NCBI GenBank assembly: GCA_947625435.1
Contig: CANQOI010000001.1
Coordinates: 10,522 to 74,521 of the forward strand
Origin: an uncultured Clostridia bacterium
GTDB taxonomy: Bacteria; Bacillota; Clostridia; UBA1212; UBA1255
Direction of reading: 5' to 3'
DNA length: 64,000 bases
The position numbers and the translations under genes were made by a program. Positions 9,467-21,919 of the stretch are shown piece after piece (within the stretch, counting starts at the first letter, position 1; each line of letters starts with the position of its first letter). The notes beneath the pieces are model-generated. The model was not told the DNA's origin, did not search any database, and saw nothing but the letters and a program-made list of their open reading frames with translations.

Positions 9467-11046
9467 TCCGTGTACCAGCTTCCGATCTGTCCGAATGTAT
9501 TCCAGAACGTAAAATTATGCTTCTGAACACCTTTGACATTGTTTTTAATGAGAACGGTCGCGTTTTTGGAATACAGCCCTATGATCGGCAGTGTTTCACT
9601 TGCTCTCGTATATATTTTTGCCGTCTGTGCCGCGGCATAATCTGCAAATGATGCTGCGCCTTGCACTCCGTCTCCGCCCTCGCCGGCGCCCTTAAATGCA
9701 AGCCGCAATGACAGCGTGAGGCTGTCCATGGATTCATCTGTGTAACCATTATAATTCAATCTGCCGTCCGTGGCAAACAGTTCGTACAAGTCGGGCCATA
9801 CGCTCATTTCAAGATTCATGGCGGCAAAATCATAATCTCCCCCCAGCACCGCCGCCGCGAATTCATCCCTTGCATACTCCGTAACGGTACACTCCACATT
9901 CTTTTCGGCCAGCATTTTCTTTAAGGCCTGCGAAAGGCGCAATATGTCTTTATCGTCCGAATCTACTATCATGCTCACGCTTTCCGGTATGTCCGAACTG
10001 TCATATCCGCTCTCCGAATATTCCGCCTGGTAATACGTACCCGAAAATACAGGTATGAGCTTTACGGTTCCCTTTCCCGCTATAACGGCGTTCATGAGCG
10101 TGCGCCTGTCAGACGCGCCGTTTATGAAGCGTTTCAGTGAAATGCCGGCCTTCGCGGAAGGTACGAGGCACGTCGCAATATTGTCTTCATACGAGCAGCT
10201 CGTGTATCCTTCCCTTGATGAATATTTTACGGCGGCATCCTCTGAGAACAACATAACGTCCGATCCGCTGTTATAAAGCTCCTCCTGAGAAGAAAAATCC
10301 CGTATCTCAATCGTTCCTATAAGCGGCATTTCACCCCGGTACCTGTCATTGAGTACGAATTTATGAGTTTTACCGTCGGAGCCGGAATATTTATACTTTC
10401 CCGTGCCGTCGGGCTGCGTGAGATCATCCGTATTTTCGCTTTTGACTATGGGAAATATCATTTTATAGGGAATGAAAGCGTCCGGACTCTCCGATATTAT
10501 CTCGAGCTCGTGGCGCGCCGTGACGTTCACTTCGCTTATACCCGACACGCACTCGCCGTACGTACCGCCCTTTTCCTTTATATATTCTATCGTATTCTTT
10601 ACATCGTAAGCGGTGAGCTGAGCCCCGTCGTGGAAATATACATCTTCGCGCAGCTTGAAGAGCCACGTCCTGCCGTCATCGGCCGTACTCCATTCCTCGG
10701 CTATGCACGGTTCGGCCGACGCATCGACGCCGTATATTACAAGAGATTCATATACAAGCGTCATGAATTTAAGGACTGTGTCATTGGTCGATTCAAGAGG
10801 ATTCAGTGTATCAAGTCCGCACACGCCTATCACTATGCTTCCGCCGGCTTTATCCCTGCCCGGGATATCATAGGCGGGCTTCGCAGTTTCCGGTATATTA
10901 AGAGTGGGAGCAGGGCGTTTTTCCGTAAAAGTGCCGCAGCCGCAGCTCATTACCGATAAAACGGCAGCGAGCAGCAAGGCGGCTGCGCGCGGCCCCGCTT
11001 TATTTGTCTTACTCGTTTTTTTGAAGCGTGAAACGATGCCTCTCAT
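9463..11046 (-). CDS. ABC transporter substrate-binding lipoprotein, family 5 (Opp/Dpp/Nik-like)
   Basis: Signal peptide with lipobox (LSVMSCGC). Typical SBP_bac_5 core (DGRTWLFKLREDVYFHDGAQLTAYDV). Confidence 0.75.
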   Translation of the reverse strand: MRGIVSRFKKTSKTNKAGPRAAALLLAAVLSVMSCGCGTFTEKRPAPTLNIPETAKPAYDIPGRDKAGGSIVIGVCGLDTLNPLESTNDTVLKFMTLVYESLVIYGVDASAEPCIAEEWSTADDGRTWLFKLREDVYFHDGAQLTAYDVKNTIEYIKEKGGTYGECVSGISEVNVTARHELEIISESPDAFIPYKMIFPIVKSENTDDLTQPDGTGKYKYSGSDGKTHKFVLNDRYRGEMPLIGTIEIRDFSSQEELYNSGSDVMLFSEDAAVKYSSREGYTSCSYEDNIATCLVPSAKAGISLKRFINGASDRRTLMNAVIAGKGTVKLIPVFSGTYYQAEYSESGYDSSDIPESVSMIVDSDDKDILRLSQALKKMLAEKNVECTVTEYARDEFAAAVLGGDYDFAAMNLEMSVWPDLYELFATDGRLNYNGYTDESMDSLTLSLRLAFKGAGEGGDGVQGAASFADYAAAQTAKIYTRASETLPIIGLYSKNATVLIKNNVKGVQKHNFTFWNTFGQIGSWYTE

Positions 11047-11053
11047 ATTACGG

Positions 11054-11911
11054 TCACTCCAACGCTATCAGGGCGGCCATTGCGCCCGTTCTTCCCTTAT
11101 CTCTTCTGTGTGAGTAAAACATATCTTCACACTCATACGTACATCTTGTGTCTGTGTATATGTTTTCCGGGCGAAGTCCGGCTTCCGTGAGCGTACGGTA
11201 TACAAAACCGCTCACGGATATGTGAAATTTCCCGTTTGCCCTATATACGAGCTCTCCTTCGTCTGCCGCGCTCCCGAACGACTCTTTCATGGCATCGTAC
11301 ACGTCGCTGTCGGTCTCAAAATGCTCTGCGCATATTGACGGCCCTATCACGGCCTTCATGCGCGCCGGCTCGGCTCCGAGCTCATGCTTCATGGCGGACA
11401 CGGCGCAGGCGGATATTTTACGGGCAGTGCCTCTCCAGCCCGAATGTACCGCGCCTATCGCACCGGCCCCACTGTCATACAAAAGCACGGGCACGCAGTC
11501 GGCATGCACCGTGCAGAGCACGATACCGGGCACATTCGTTATCATCGCGTCATATCCGTATTGCTCCATGCCCTCCGGGAAAGGAGCCGTTATACCCATG
11601 CCGGCCATATCCTGTGTAACATTCAGCACATGGGCTGTATGGAGCTGAGGTACGCGCGTCATTTTACCGGGATCGACGCCCGCCGCCTCGGATACGCGTC
11701 TGTAATTCTCCTTCACGTTCGCGCTTGACGGTTCCCGCGAAAAGCTCATATTAAGCGAAGCGCACGCTCCGGGCGATACGCCGCCGGAACGCGATGTGAA
11801 GCCGTGTCTTACGCCTTTAAGTATATCGTATCGTGTGAGGACAACAGGCTCAGCCGGCATCATACATCTCCTTAAGCAGAGATATCTCGGCCTTGTAGCC
11901 TTCAATGTCAT
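11054..11911 (-). CDS. pgeF: purine nucleoside phosphorylase / laccase-domain protein, YfiH/PgeF family
   Basis: Conserved HADCVPV and HSGWRG motifs of DUF152/PgeF. The probable true start is the internal MMPAEP. Confidence 0.8.
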   Translation of the reverse strand: MTLKATRPRYLCLRRCMMPAEPVVLTRYDILKGVRHGFTSRSGGVSPGACASLNMSFSREPSSANVKENYRRVSEAAGVDPGKMTRVPQLHTAHVLNVTQDMAGMGITAPFPEGMEQYGYDAMITNVPGIVLCTVHADCVPVLLYDSGAGAIGAVHSGWRGTARKISACAVSAMKHELGAEPARMKAVIGPSICAEHFETDSDVYDAMKESFGSAADEGELVYRANGKFHISVSGFVYRTLTEAGLRPENIYTDTRCTYECEDMFYSHRRDKGRTGAMAALIALE

Positions 11912-12686
11912 TGGGCGTTTCGAGGAAGAAAGGAAGATCCCTCAGCTTTTCGTGGTTAATGATCCTCTTAAACGCGTCTTTACCGAGATGACCCTCGCCT
12001 ATCTTCTCATGTCTGTCCTTATGGCTCTCAAACAGATTCTTTGTGTCGTTTATATGGATCGCATTCAGCCTTTCGAGCCCTATTATGTCGTCGAATTTAT
12101 GAAGTACGCCGTCCAGATCGTTCAATATATCGTATCCGGCGTCATACACGTGGCACGTGTCGAGGCACACTCCCAGTTTATCGGAAAGCTCCGTTCGGTC
12201 CATTATCTCTCTCAGCTCTTCAAACCGTGAGCCTACCTCGCTCCCCTTGCCCGCCATCGTTTCAAGCAGCACGGTCGTGTGCATATCCGGCTTCAGTATG
12301 GCATTCAGCGTATCCGATATTTTGGAAATGCCCGTCTCGATCCCCTGCCCCACATGGCTTCCGGGGTGAAAATTATACATGTTTCCGGGTATATATTCCA
12401 TTCTCGCGATATCATCCGCCATTGTGTTTCTTGTAAACTCCCACACATTTTCCGCCGCGGCGCACGGGTTCAGAGTATAAGGCGCGTGAGCGAGAATCTT
12501 TGCAAAGCCCTTTTCTTCGGCTGCCTTTACAAATTCCGCCGCATCCTTTTCGTCCACCGGCTTTGCGCCGCCTCCGCGCGGATTACGTGTAAAAAACTGA
12601 AATGTGTTTCCTCCCACATACTCGGTCTCCTTGAGACAGTGCATATAACCCTTTGAAATTGAAAGGAAGCAACCTATATTAAGCAT
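11850..12686 (-). CDS. nfo: deoxyribonuclease IV (endonuclease IV)
   Basis: 278 aa AP-endonuclease-2 TIM barrel with the [17 protein letters not shown] and CLDTCHV motifs. Confidence 0.85.
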   Translation of the reverse strand: MLNIGCFLSISKGYMHCLKETEYVGGNTFQFFTRNPRGGGAKPVDEKDAAEFVKAAEEKGFAKILAHAPYTLNPCAAAENVWEFTRNTMADDIARMEYIPGNMYNFHPGSHVGQGIETGISKISDTLNAILKPDMHTTVLLETMAGKGSEVGSRFEELREIMDRTELSDKLGVCLDTCHVYDAGYDILNDLDGVLHKFDDIIGLERLNAIHINDTKNLFESHKDRHEKIGEGHLGKDAFKRIINHEKLRDLPFFLETPNDIEGYKAEISLLKEMYDAG

Positions 12687-12700
12687 GCCTCACACTCCCG

Positions 12701-14764
12701 TCACATAACGTAATTGAATCTTCCGAAGGGCGCGCAGTCGCCGTCACGGTAAAATTCCATTACGTCAGACATTTCAACATTGTCTATCCATTTGAATTCA
12801 TACCCGGGCTCTGTTCCCGGCTCGGATCCCGTGATGCTCCTCGGTACCTTCAGCGCCATTTTGTTGCCTTCTATATGGGTCTCAATGTCTCCCACATATT
12901 CGGAGCTTCCGGTCTTCATGGAGAAGCACTTGCCGGCAGTTATCTTGTAGTCGTATCCTTCCCAACCCGTATCCTTGCACCTGTCCGTATCAAGCAGGAG
13001 CGTAACGGCGTTCGCATGCCCTGTCTTTATATCGGCGGCACATTCTATATAGAAATAGATATTATCATCGTCATAGGCGTATTTCGCAAGGGTGAAATCA
13101 TTTATTCCCGTCTTATTCCTGTATACGAGCTCTCTGCCCAGTCCCGGATAATCTCTGTTTGCGGCGCTTCCTTTGTGCGCGTAATATTCGGGCTTTACGT
13201 CATCCCACTGCGAGAAGTCGCTTATGTCTATCTTTTTCCTGACATTGCTTCTTTCAATGTGGCGGAGTCCTTTATATTTTCTTATGTTCGCAACGAGCTG
13301 CATGTAATAAAGATCCTTATATCCGTCCTTATCCGGCTCTATATCGCGGCTGTGCTCTTTGTCGTACTGATCCACGAACGCAATCTGCGTGCTGTTATCA
13401 TCCGCGATCCACGGTTTGCCCGGGAATTTTCCCATTATCCATTCGTTCCAACCCGTAACAAATACAAAATCCGGATCTATCTTAAACGCGTTGTCCCACT
13501 GCTCCTGTATATTGTAGCCGTACTTATACGACTCGGGCGTGAGCTTTGTATGCTTATATTTTTCGGTATAGCTTCTTCCGTATGTTCCTTTATCGTTAAA
13601 ATGCGTGCATATCCTCCCGTCTCTGGCGTTCTGTCCTACGCCCACGGTGCACATCTCGTATCTTCCGTCTTCCTTCTTTACATAGCCGTTCTGAGGAGCC
13701 TTTTCCAGCCATCCCCAATGATCCGGCCTTGACGGGCCTCCCGCATACATAGGCTGAGGCGCCCTGAATGTAAAGAACTCACGCATTTCGTTCAGAAGTG
13801 CCGTATCAAAATCTGACTTGCCCTTCTCGGGTATCGACTCCGGATATGCGAGCACGAGCGGCTTCCCGTCGAGCATATACCAAAGATCCCGGTACAGCCC
13901 CGGCTTATACATATCCTGATAAACGGATCTGAGCATGTAAAGTGTGCTGGGCATGGGCGCGAAATTCATTATAAAGGCAACCTGAGGCGTCTTTATTCCG
14001 TCTTTTCTCGCTTTGTGGAATTCCTCCAGCAGCGCCATGTACGAGTCCTTCCAAACGAGCGCCCCGTTCGTCGTATCGAAAAGCAGGGCATCGACGCCCG
14101 CATCCGCGAAATACTGAGCGTGCTTGCGTATTACATACGGGTCATCATTTCTGTAAAATCCGTAAAACGGCTCGCTCCAGTGTACGGTCTCGCCGGGAGT
14201 CCACGCGGGATGATTTATATCGTATTCGGCCTCCGGGTGCTTCTTGAGCACTTTTTCGAGGCTTATGGGCTTTGAATACACGCTCTGGTTTCTCCATGTC
14301 CAATAGAAAAGACCCACCGCGCGCTTCTTCGGTCCTCCGCATTCGGAAGCATCCGGGAGCTTTCTGCCCAGTGAGTCTGTCGCTGTTATAAGATCGTTAT
14401 CCGTTTCCCTGAAATCCTCGCACGGCACGTAGGTGCCCGCATTTTCACGGTAATCGGTCTCCGTAAAAATAAATCTGTCAAAATACGCCCGCACATTCGT
14501 GCGGAACGATATGTCGTATGTCCCGCTCTGTATTTCGGGTATATAAACATGAACGGTCTCTGTATCTCTGTATCCTGCGGTGGCGGTGAGTGCCGCAACC
14601 GCTGTCACCTCGCCGTTTACGCATACATCGAGTTCAAATGCGCTGCCCTCGGCCATATATGAAATATCAAGGCCTCTCACCGTGTGTTTAAATTCGGTGT
14701 TTTTGTAACAAAACTCATTTTCGCCGGCGGCAAGCCTTCTTCCGGCTTTTAATACAGTTTCCAT
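12701..14764 (-). CDS. putative glycoside hydrolase (687 aa, TIM-barrel-like, family unassigned)
   Basis: VFVTGWNEWIMG and LFYWTWRN motifs recall GH99/GH71-like retaining hydrolases. Starts 9 nt after the dnaJ stop with a strong AGGAGG RBS. Confidence 0.4.
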   Translation of the reverse strand: METVLKAGRRLAAGENEFCYKNTEFKHTVRGLDISYMAEGSAFELDVCVNGEVTAVAALTATAGYRDTETVHVYIPEIQSGTYDISFRTNVRAYFDRFIFTETDYRENAGTYVPCEDFRETDNDLITATDSLGRKLPDASECGGPKKRAVGLFYWTWRNQSVYSKPISLEKVLKKHPEAEYDINHPAWTPGETVHWSEPFYGFYRNDDPYVIRKHAQYFADAGVDALLFDTTNGALVWKDSYMALLEEFHKARKDGIKTPQVAFIMNFAPMPSTLYMLRSVYQDMYKPGLYRDLWYMLDGKPLVLAYPESIPEKGKSDFDTALLNEMREFFTFRAPQPMYAGGPSRPDHWGWLEKAPQNGYVKKEDGRYEMCTVGVGQNARDGRICTHFNDKGTYGRSYTEKYKHTKLTPESYKYGYNIQEQWDNAFKIDPDFVFVTGWNEWIMGKFPGKPWIADDNSTQIAFVDQYDKEHSRDIEPDKDGYKDLYYMQLVANIRKYKGLRHIERSNVRKKIDISDFSQWDDVKPEYYAHKGSAANRDYPGLGRELVYRNKTGINDFTLAKYAYDDDNIYFYIECAADIKTGHANAVTLLLDTDRCKDTGWEGYDYKITAGKCFSMKTGSSEYVGDIETHIEGNKMALKVPRSITGSEPGTEPGYEFKWIDNVEMSDVMEFYRDGDCAPFGRFNYVM

Positions 14765-14773
14765 AAATACCTC

Positions 14774-15940
14774 CTATTTTTTCTTTCCGAAGAAAGTTTT
14801 TTTCTCCTGCTGATGCGATTCGGCGCCGTTTTCTCCCGAACGGTACGAGCTCAGAGTCCCGCCGCAGGATGCGTCGAACTGTTTAAGGAGCTCCTTCTGT
14901 CTGTCATTCAGGAATTTCGGTATCTCAACAGTGATATGAACATATTGATCGCCTCTTCCCGAGGATTGCAGCTTGGGAACACCCTTTCCTCTCATTCTGA
15001 GTGACACTCCGCTCTGCGTGCCGCCCGGTATATTGAGCTCCACGGGACCGTCTATCGTTTCGATCTGTATCGTGTCACCGAGAGCAGCCTGCGCTACAGA
15101 TATCGTTTTCTCAACGTGAATGTCAAAGCCGTCTCTTTGAAGCACCTTGTGCGGCCGTACCCTTACCGATACGAGCAGATTGCCTGCCGGGCCGCCTTTT
15201 GAGCCGGGCTCTCCCATTCCCGCTATTGAGATCGCCTGTTCGTTGTCTATTCCGGCGGGTATCTTGACATGTATCTTAACTGCCTTGCGCACTGTTCCCT
15301 TTCCTCTGCATTCCGGACAGGGATCGTCTATCATTTTACCGGTGCCGCCGCATTTATCGCACGTCTTGACGTTCATGAACTGTCCGAAGGGCGTATTCTG
15401 CTTTACCTGAACCTGCCCCGTACCGCCGCACACATTACAGCGCTTTACGTTCTTTGATCGGGAACCCGTGCCTTCGCACGCGTCGCACGACACATTTTTG
15501 TTTACCGTTATATCCTTTTCTGTTCCGAAAACGGCCTCATCAAACGTTATCTCCATGGAAACGCGAAGGTCGGCGCCTCTCTGCGGGCCGCCCCTGCTCC
15601 TTCCGCCTCCGAAGCCTCCGAAACCGCTCCCGCCGAATATAGTGTCAAATATATCGTTGACATCGAATCCGAAGCCTCCGAAGCCGCTTCCGCCTCCGAA
15701 GCCTCCCGTGCCGTCAAAAGCAGCGTGGCCGAACTGGTCGTATTTGGCGCGTGTTTCGGGATTACTGAGTATCTGATATGCCTCTCCCGCCTCTTTAAAC
15801 TTGGCCTCAGCCTCCGGATTGTTCGGATTGAGATCCGGATGATATTGCTTTGCGACTTTCCTGTATGCCTTCTTTATTTCATCGTCAGTCGCCGTTTTTG
15901 AGACGCCGAGAATTTCATAATAATCTCTCTTATCCGCCAT
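14774..15940 (-). CDS. dnaJ: chaperone DnaJ
   Basis: J-domain (YYEILGV...HPD), G/F-rich linker, four CxxCxGxG zinc-finger repeats. Confidence 0.95.
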   Translation of the reverse strand: MADKRDYYEILGVSKTATDDEIKKAYRKVAKQYHPDLNPNNPEAEAKFKEAGEAYQILSNPETRAKYDQFGHAAFDGTGGFGGGSGFGGFGFDVNDIFDTIFGGSGFGGFGGGRSRGGPQRGADLRVSMEITFDEAVFGTEKDITVNKNVSCDACEGTGSRSKNVKRCNVCGGTGQVQVKQNTPFGQFMNVKTCDKCGGTGKMIDDPCPECRGKGTVRKAVKIHVKIPAGIDNEQAISIAGMGEPGSKGGPAGNLLVSVRVRPHKVLQRDGFDIHVEKTISVAQAALGDTIQIETIDGPVELNIPGGTQSGVSLRMRGKGVPKLQSSGRGDQYVHITVEIPKFLNDRQKELLKQFDASCGGTLSSYRSGENGAESHQQEKKTFFGKKK

Positions 15941-15994
15941 ATAGCCGATATTCCTCTTTCCGTCAAAATATCAAAACATGATGTACGAAATCAA

Positions 15995-16022
15995 CGGGCT
16001 TCACATAAATACGTGAAGCCCG
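15995..16022 (-). terminator. partial intrinsic terminator / attenuator hairpin between dnaK and dnaJ
   Basis: Minus strand CGGGCTTCAC-gtatttat-GTGAAGCCCG (10 bp stem) followed by UUGAUUUCGU. Confidence 0.4.
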
Positions 16023-16039
16023 GTATTCTTTTGCGGTAA

Positions 16040-17926
<1,887 letters not shown>

Positions 17927-17959
17927 TTACAATGCATGTTTTTTATTTTTTATATATCG

Positions 17960-18691
17960 TCAATTTGCAACCTTGACCATACTGTGACGTATGACCTTGT
18001 CGCCTAATCTGTAGCCCTTTTCAAATACTTCCACTATCTCATTTTCGCCCGCCTCTTCGCTGTCCGTATGCATCACGGCATTGTGGAGACCCGGGTCGAA
18101 CTGCTCCCCCTGAGCCTTTATCTCTTCTATTCCGGACGATGACATAGCATCCGTAAATTTCTTATATATGAGATTCACTCCGTCTTTATAACTCTGACAT
18201 TCCTCCGGGACTGTCATCCTGAGAGCTCTTTCAAAATCGTCCGTTATCCCTATTATGCTCTTCCATACGTCGGCCTTTGCGTCGGTATAACGCGTTTCGT
18301 TTTCTTTCGCCGTACGTTTTCTGAAATTATCATATTCGGCTGCGAGCCTCGTATATTTTTCCTTGAGCTCGGATATCTCATTAAGGAGCGCATCGTTCTG
18401 CTTGCGGAGCTTTTCGTTTTCGGCATTCTGTTTCTTCTTGCCGAGGAAGCCCTTGTCCTTGTCTTTCTCCCTGCCCTTTTCTTTATCCTTATTTTCCTTA
18501 TCGGCTCCGGCTTCGGCTTCTGCTCCGGAAGCAGCTTCAGCCTCAGCTTCTGCCTCCGCTTTCGCAGTTACGGCCTTGCCCTCCGCCTGATCCGCAGCCG
18601 CAGCTTCAGCAACCGCAGCTTCAGCAGCTGCTTCCGCTTCGGTCGTTCCGTCCGTTTCGGTTTTTTTTGACTCATTCAGATTATCTTCCAT
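17960..18691 (-). CDS. grpE: nucleotide exchange factor GrpE
   Basis: Low-complexity Ala/Glu N-terminus followed by the GrpE coiled-coil and beta-domain. Confidence 0.9.
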   Translation of the reverse strand: MEDNLNESKKTETDGTTEAEAAAEAAVAEAAAADQAEGKAVTAKAEAEAEAEAASGAEAEAGADKENKDKEKGREKDKDKGFLGKKKQNAENEKLRKQNDALLNEISELKEKYTRLAAEYDNFRKRTAKENETRYTDAKADVWKSIIGITDDFERALRMTVPEECQSYKDGVNLIYKKFTDAMSSSGIEEIKAQGEQFDPGLHNAVMHTDSEEAGENEIVEVFEKGYRLGDKVIRHSMVKVAN

Positions 18692-18705
18692 ACCATACCT
18701 CCGTA

Positions 18706-19761
18706 TTATTTAGGCAGCAACCTTTTCCTGACATACTCGAGTGCGGATATGACCTTTCCGTAATCCATCCTCGTAGGCCCTATCACACCTATGGTACCTA
18801 TGTCCACGCCGTCCACACTGTATGTTGCCGTCACTACCGAGCAATCCGTTACCGCAAGCATCTTGTTCTCGGTTCCTATCCTTATGACGATATCGCTCGC
18901 TTCCGCATCTCCGCAGCTGTGAAGGAGTCTGGCAAGCTCATCCTCCTTATTGAACAGCTCTATGAGCGCCTTGGCCTTTGAAATGTCATTGAATTCGGGA
19001 TGTTCAAGGAGATTAGCGGTTCCTTCAGTATATATTTCCGCGGAATCGCACTGCTTTATACATTCCAGTACTCCGTCCACTATCGGTAAGATCCTTTCTC
19101 TTTCTATACCCGAAAGAGAAACTATGTCATTTATCATGGTGATCGAAATATCCTGCGCTCTGTATCCCGAAAGTATATTGCCGCATATGACATTGAGCTT
19201 GGACAGCTCTTCACCGAGGAGAGGTTCCCTGAGCTTCACTATCTGATTTTTGATGACATCGTTATCAAGTACGACTATCACGAGCACCCTGTCAGTATCA
19301 AGAGATATTACCTTAAGTGTCTTGATCGCATGTTTATTGACGCTTTCAGCCATACCGACAGCCGCATAATGCGTTATCCTCGACACTATCTCCGATGCAG
19401 CATGAACCATTCCGTTAAGCTCATGTATACGCTTCTCCATAAAGCTGCGTATTGCTTCAAAATCCTCCTCCGTGGGCTTAAGCGAGCTGTTGTCCACGGG
19501 ATCCATGAGCTTATCGACATACAATCTGTAACCTTTGTCGGACGGTATCCTCCCCGCAGACGTATGCGGCTGTGAAAGATAACCCATCTCTTCAAGGTCT
19601 GCCATCTCATTCCTGATGGTGGCCGAACTCAAGCCCATATCGTACTTTTTGGCAATGGTGCGCGAGCCCACAGGCTCCATACTTGAAATGTAGTCATCGA
19701 TTATTGCCTTCAATATTAACATTTTACGAGCATCAAGTTCTTCATACCCCATCTGTATCAT
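18706..19761 (-). CDS. hrcA: heat-inducible transcription repressor HrcA
   Basis: N-terminal winged-helix (ILKAIIDDYISSMEPVGSRTIAKKY) and HrcA C-terminal domain. CIRCE lies immediately upstream. The start may be the fourth codon (ATG at 19752). Confidence 0.9.
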   Translation of the reverse strand: MIQMGYEELDARKMLILKAIIDDYISSMEPVGSRTIAKKYDMGLSSATIRNEMADLEEMGYLSQPHTSAGRIPSDKGYRLYVDKLMDPVDNSSLKPTEEDFEAIRSFMEKRIHELNGMVHAASEIVSRITHYAAVGMAESVNKHAIKTLKVISLDTDRVLVIVVLDNDVIKNQIVKLREPLLGEELSKLNVICGNILSGYRAQDISITMINDIVSLSGIERERILPIVDGVLECIKQCDSAEIYTEGTANLLEHPEFNDISKAKALIELFNKEDELARLLHSCGDAEASDIVIRIGTENKMLAVTDCSVVTATYSVDGVDIGTIGVIGPTRMDYGKVISALEYVRKRLLPK

Positions 19762-19774
19762 CCCTTTTCGGTTG

Positions 19775-19801
19775 TTAGCACTCTACTTGCTTGAGTGCTA
19801 A
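19775..19801. promoter_or_regulatory. CIRCE operator (HrcA binding site)
   Basis: Perfect TTAGCACTC-tacttgctt-GAGTGCTAA inverted repeat. The arms extend to 13 nt (GTTGTTAGCACTC...GAGTGCTAACAAC). Confidence 0.9.
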
Positions 19802-19812
19802 CAACTGTATAT

Positions 19813-19840
19813 ATTATAAGACATATTTTTCTTATGTCAA
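19813..19840 (-). promoter_or_regulatory. sigma-A type promoter of the hrcA-grpE-dnaK-dnaJ operon
   Basis: Minus strand TTGACA-16 nt-TATAAT, directly followed by CIRCE. Confidence 0.55.
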
Positions 19841-19952
19841 GCACTGTTTTGCCTTTTTTATAATTTTGTGTGATCGCAGCTGCTGCCGTCAAAAAAATCG
19901 GGTCAGGCCCGCATATGGGGTCTGACCCTTACAGCAAAATATCACGATATTT

Positions 19953-21071
19953 TCATACGTCAGCTTTTGGGTGTAACGAAACAACGGGGTCTGTCGCTTC
20001 ATAATATCTTGTACTGTGAACATGCTCACACCCCGGTACTGAAAATACACGATCCGTGTCGCTTGTCTTTTCATATAAGTACACCGGGCGGTAATATCCG
20101 TACATGTCATATACATATATTATCTGAACAGGCGTTTCAACAATACGGTCATTTATCCTGCTGTCAGGATCTTCTTCAGTATCCGGAGAAGATCTGTAGA
20201 AAGAATTTGAAAATCCGGGTACGACAAAACCCTCTCCCGCATCGATCTTCTTCTTATTATCATCCCATGACGATATATCCGCTTCATATACCTCTTCTAA
20301 ATAATCATCGGTAAAATAGACGAGCTCGACTTCAGGGTAAGTGTCATAGGCGTCATTATCATAAGAAAATCCGTCTTCATATGTCATTATGATACGCTTA
20401 GTGATACCGTTATAAGTCTTGATCCTGTTTGCATCATCATCGGTCGTTTTTTCTTTAATATCAACCTTCACACTGTGTGCCGACGTGTCCCGATAAAGTA
20501 TATTCACTTCGTATTCACTCATGTGGAATATATTATTGAATTTATCTACAAACGCCCTGATATCATCTGTTATCTCACTGTCGCTCTTGCCAAAAAAATC
20601 AAAATCAACCAGCCCGCAGCAGTAGGCATTCGATCTGACAGCAAAGGAACCGTTAGAATATGCCATAACATAACTGAGATTTTTATATTTATCTCCGAAG
20701 TTGATCTTTGTGTATTTCAAATCCTTCGTACCCTGTACAACCCTGTCCGAATACGTATAGTCGTCACCGTCTTTAAATTCAAACGCATCAAAGATCTCCC
20801 TTGCATATCCGATTGTGCTTTCCATAAAATTGCACTTATATACGGGAAGCGATGTCGGAGGCTCAATTTCTGGATAGTTAATGTCGCCGCTGTGATCTAC
20901 GTTGAGATGAAGCAAAAAAGGAATGAATTTGTCAGAACCTTCTATGCGACCCAACGATATTTCATTGTCCGGTTTGCCGTTATCTGCATTGCAGGAAGCA
21001 AATGTGCCTATAAATATCGCAACGGCAATCAAAAGAGACAAAATCCTTTCATGTTGTATTCTCTTCTTCAT
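19953..21071 (-). CDS. hypothetical lipoprotein (372 aa)
   Basis: Signal peptide plus lipobox (FASCNA). No recognisable catalytic motifs. Putative TTGACA-17-TACCAT promoter at 21095-21123. Confidence 0.5.
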   Translation of the reverse strand: MKKRIQHERILSLLIAVAIFIGTFASCNADNGKPDNEISLGRIEGSDKFIPFLLHLNVDHSGDINYPEIEPPTSLPVYKCNFMESTIGYAREIFDAFEFKDGDDYTYSDRVVQGTKDLKYTKINFGDKYKNLSYVMAYSNGSFAVRSNAYCCGLVDFDFFGKSDSEITDDIRAFVDKFNNIFHMSEYEVNILYRDTSAHSVKVDIKEKTTDDDANRIKTYNGITKRIIMTYEDGFSYDNDAYDTYPEVELVYFTDDYLEEVYEADISSWDDNKKKIDAGEGFVVPGFSNSFYRSSPDTEEDPDSRINDRIVETPVQIIYVYDMYGYYRPVYLYEKTSDTDRVFSVPGCEHVHSTRYYEATDPVVSLHPKADV

Positions 21072-21182
21072 TTTAGGTCAGCTCCTTTACACACATGGTA
21101 CCACGTAAAAATTTGTATGTCAATACATAACAAATATCATGTGTGACCGCAGAGGCTCTGTCCTGCGCCGCAGCGCGTTTTA

Positions 21183-21836
21183 TCAATCCTGCTTTACGAG
21201 CACGAGCGGATATAACAGCTCAGCCAATTCGGCATCCTCTCCGAAGCCTTCGAGAAGCGTCACGGTCTTACCGTCCGACGAGAATTCATATGTGTCGTAT
21301 TGGCTGTCGTCAAGCGCTTTATCCTTATCCGCCTCTGTATACAGCTTGCCGTTTTCTGCTTTCCACTTGCCTTCGCCTGTAATATCTTCTACCATATCAT
21401 CCAGCATTTCTTCTCCGAATATCTCGTCTACGAAGGCTTCGAATGTCGTGCCGTTCTCAGCCATATATTCATCCACCGTCTTATCGTCGCCCGATTCGGC
21501 GAGCAGATCGTTCAGATATTTTCTGAGTCCGTCCTTCATTGTGTCCTTTATGCCGTCCATGGCGGAGGAGGCTGCATCTTCGTCCGTTTCAAGGGTGTAC
21601 GTACCGTCTTCTTCAAATGTAAAGGTTACTGCCAATTTCAGTTCCTTAAAATCAAGGTATTCCGCCATATCGGCGTCCTGTTCGGCTACCACGCTCGTTA
21701 TAAGCTTGCCGAAATCCACATCCGCATCCCATTTGCCTATAAATTTCTCACTGTCGCTCTTCTCTGCCTGGCAGCCGCACAGAACCAATGAAAATATCAG
21801 TACAACAGCCAATGACGCAGCGCATATTTTTTTCAT
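21183..21836 (-). CDS. hypothetical acidic lipoprotein (217 aa)
   Basis: Signal peptide with LCGCQ lipobox. Very Asp/Glu-rich mature part. Confidence 0.5.
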   Translation of the reverse strand: MKKICAASLAVVLIFSLVLCGCQAEKSDSEKFIGKWDADVDFGKLITSVVAEQDADMAEYLDFKELKLAVTFTFEEDGTYTLETDEDAASSAMDGIKDTMKDGLRKYLNDLLAESGDDKTVDEYMAENGTTFEAFVDEIFGEEMLDDMVEDITGEGKWKAENGKLYTEADKDKALDDSQYDTYEFSSDGKTVTLLEGFGEDAELAELLYPLVLVKQD

Positions 21837-21877
21837 TTCATTTTCTCTCCTTCGTTATATTTTCACCGTAAAATGAA

Positions 21878-21906
21878 AGAGGTTTTCCGTATGACGGAAA
21901 ACCTCT
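21878..21906 (-). terminator. intrinsic terminator after the GGGtGRT gene
   Basis: Perfect 13 bp inverted repeat AGAGGTTTTCCGT-(3 nt)-ACGGAAAACCTCT. On the minus strand it is followed by UUCAUUUUAC. Confidence 0.5.
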
Positions 21907-21919
21907 CTGCCTGCATATT

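Noticed and set aside
15468-15776. Pro/Lys-rich (PPKPPKP) plus-strand ORF
   Set aside because: Antisense of the Gly/Phe-rich linker of dnaJ; compositional artefact.
18363-18590. Ser/Ala-rich plus-strand ORF
   Set aside because: Antisense of the low-complexity Ala/Glu N-terminus of grpE.
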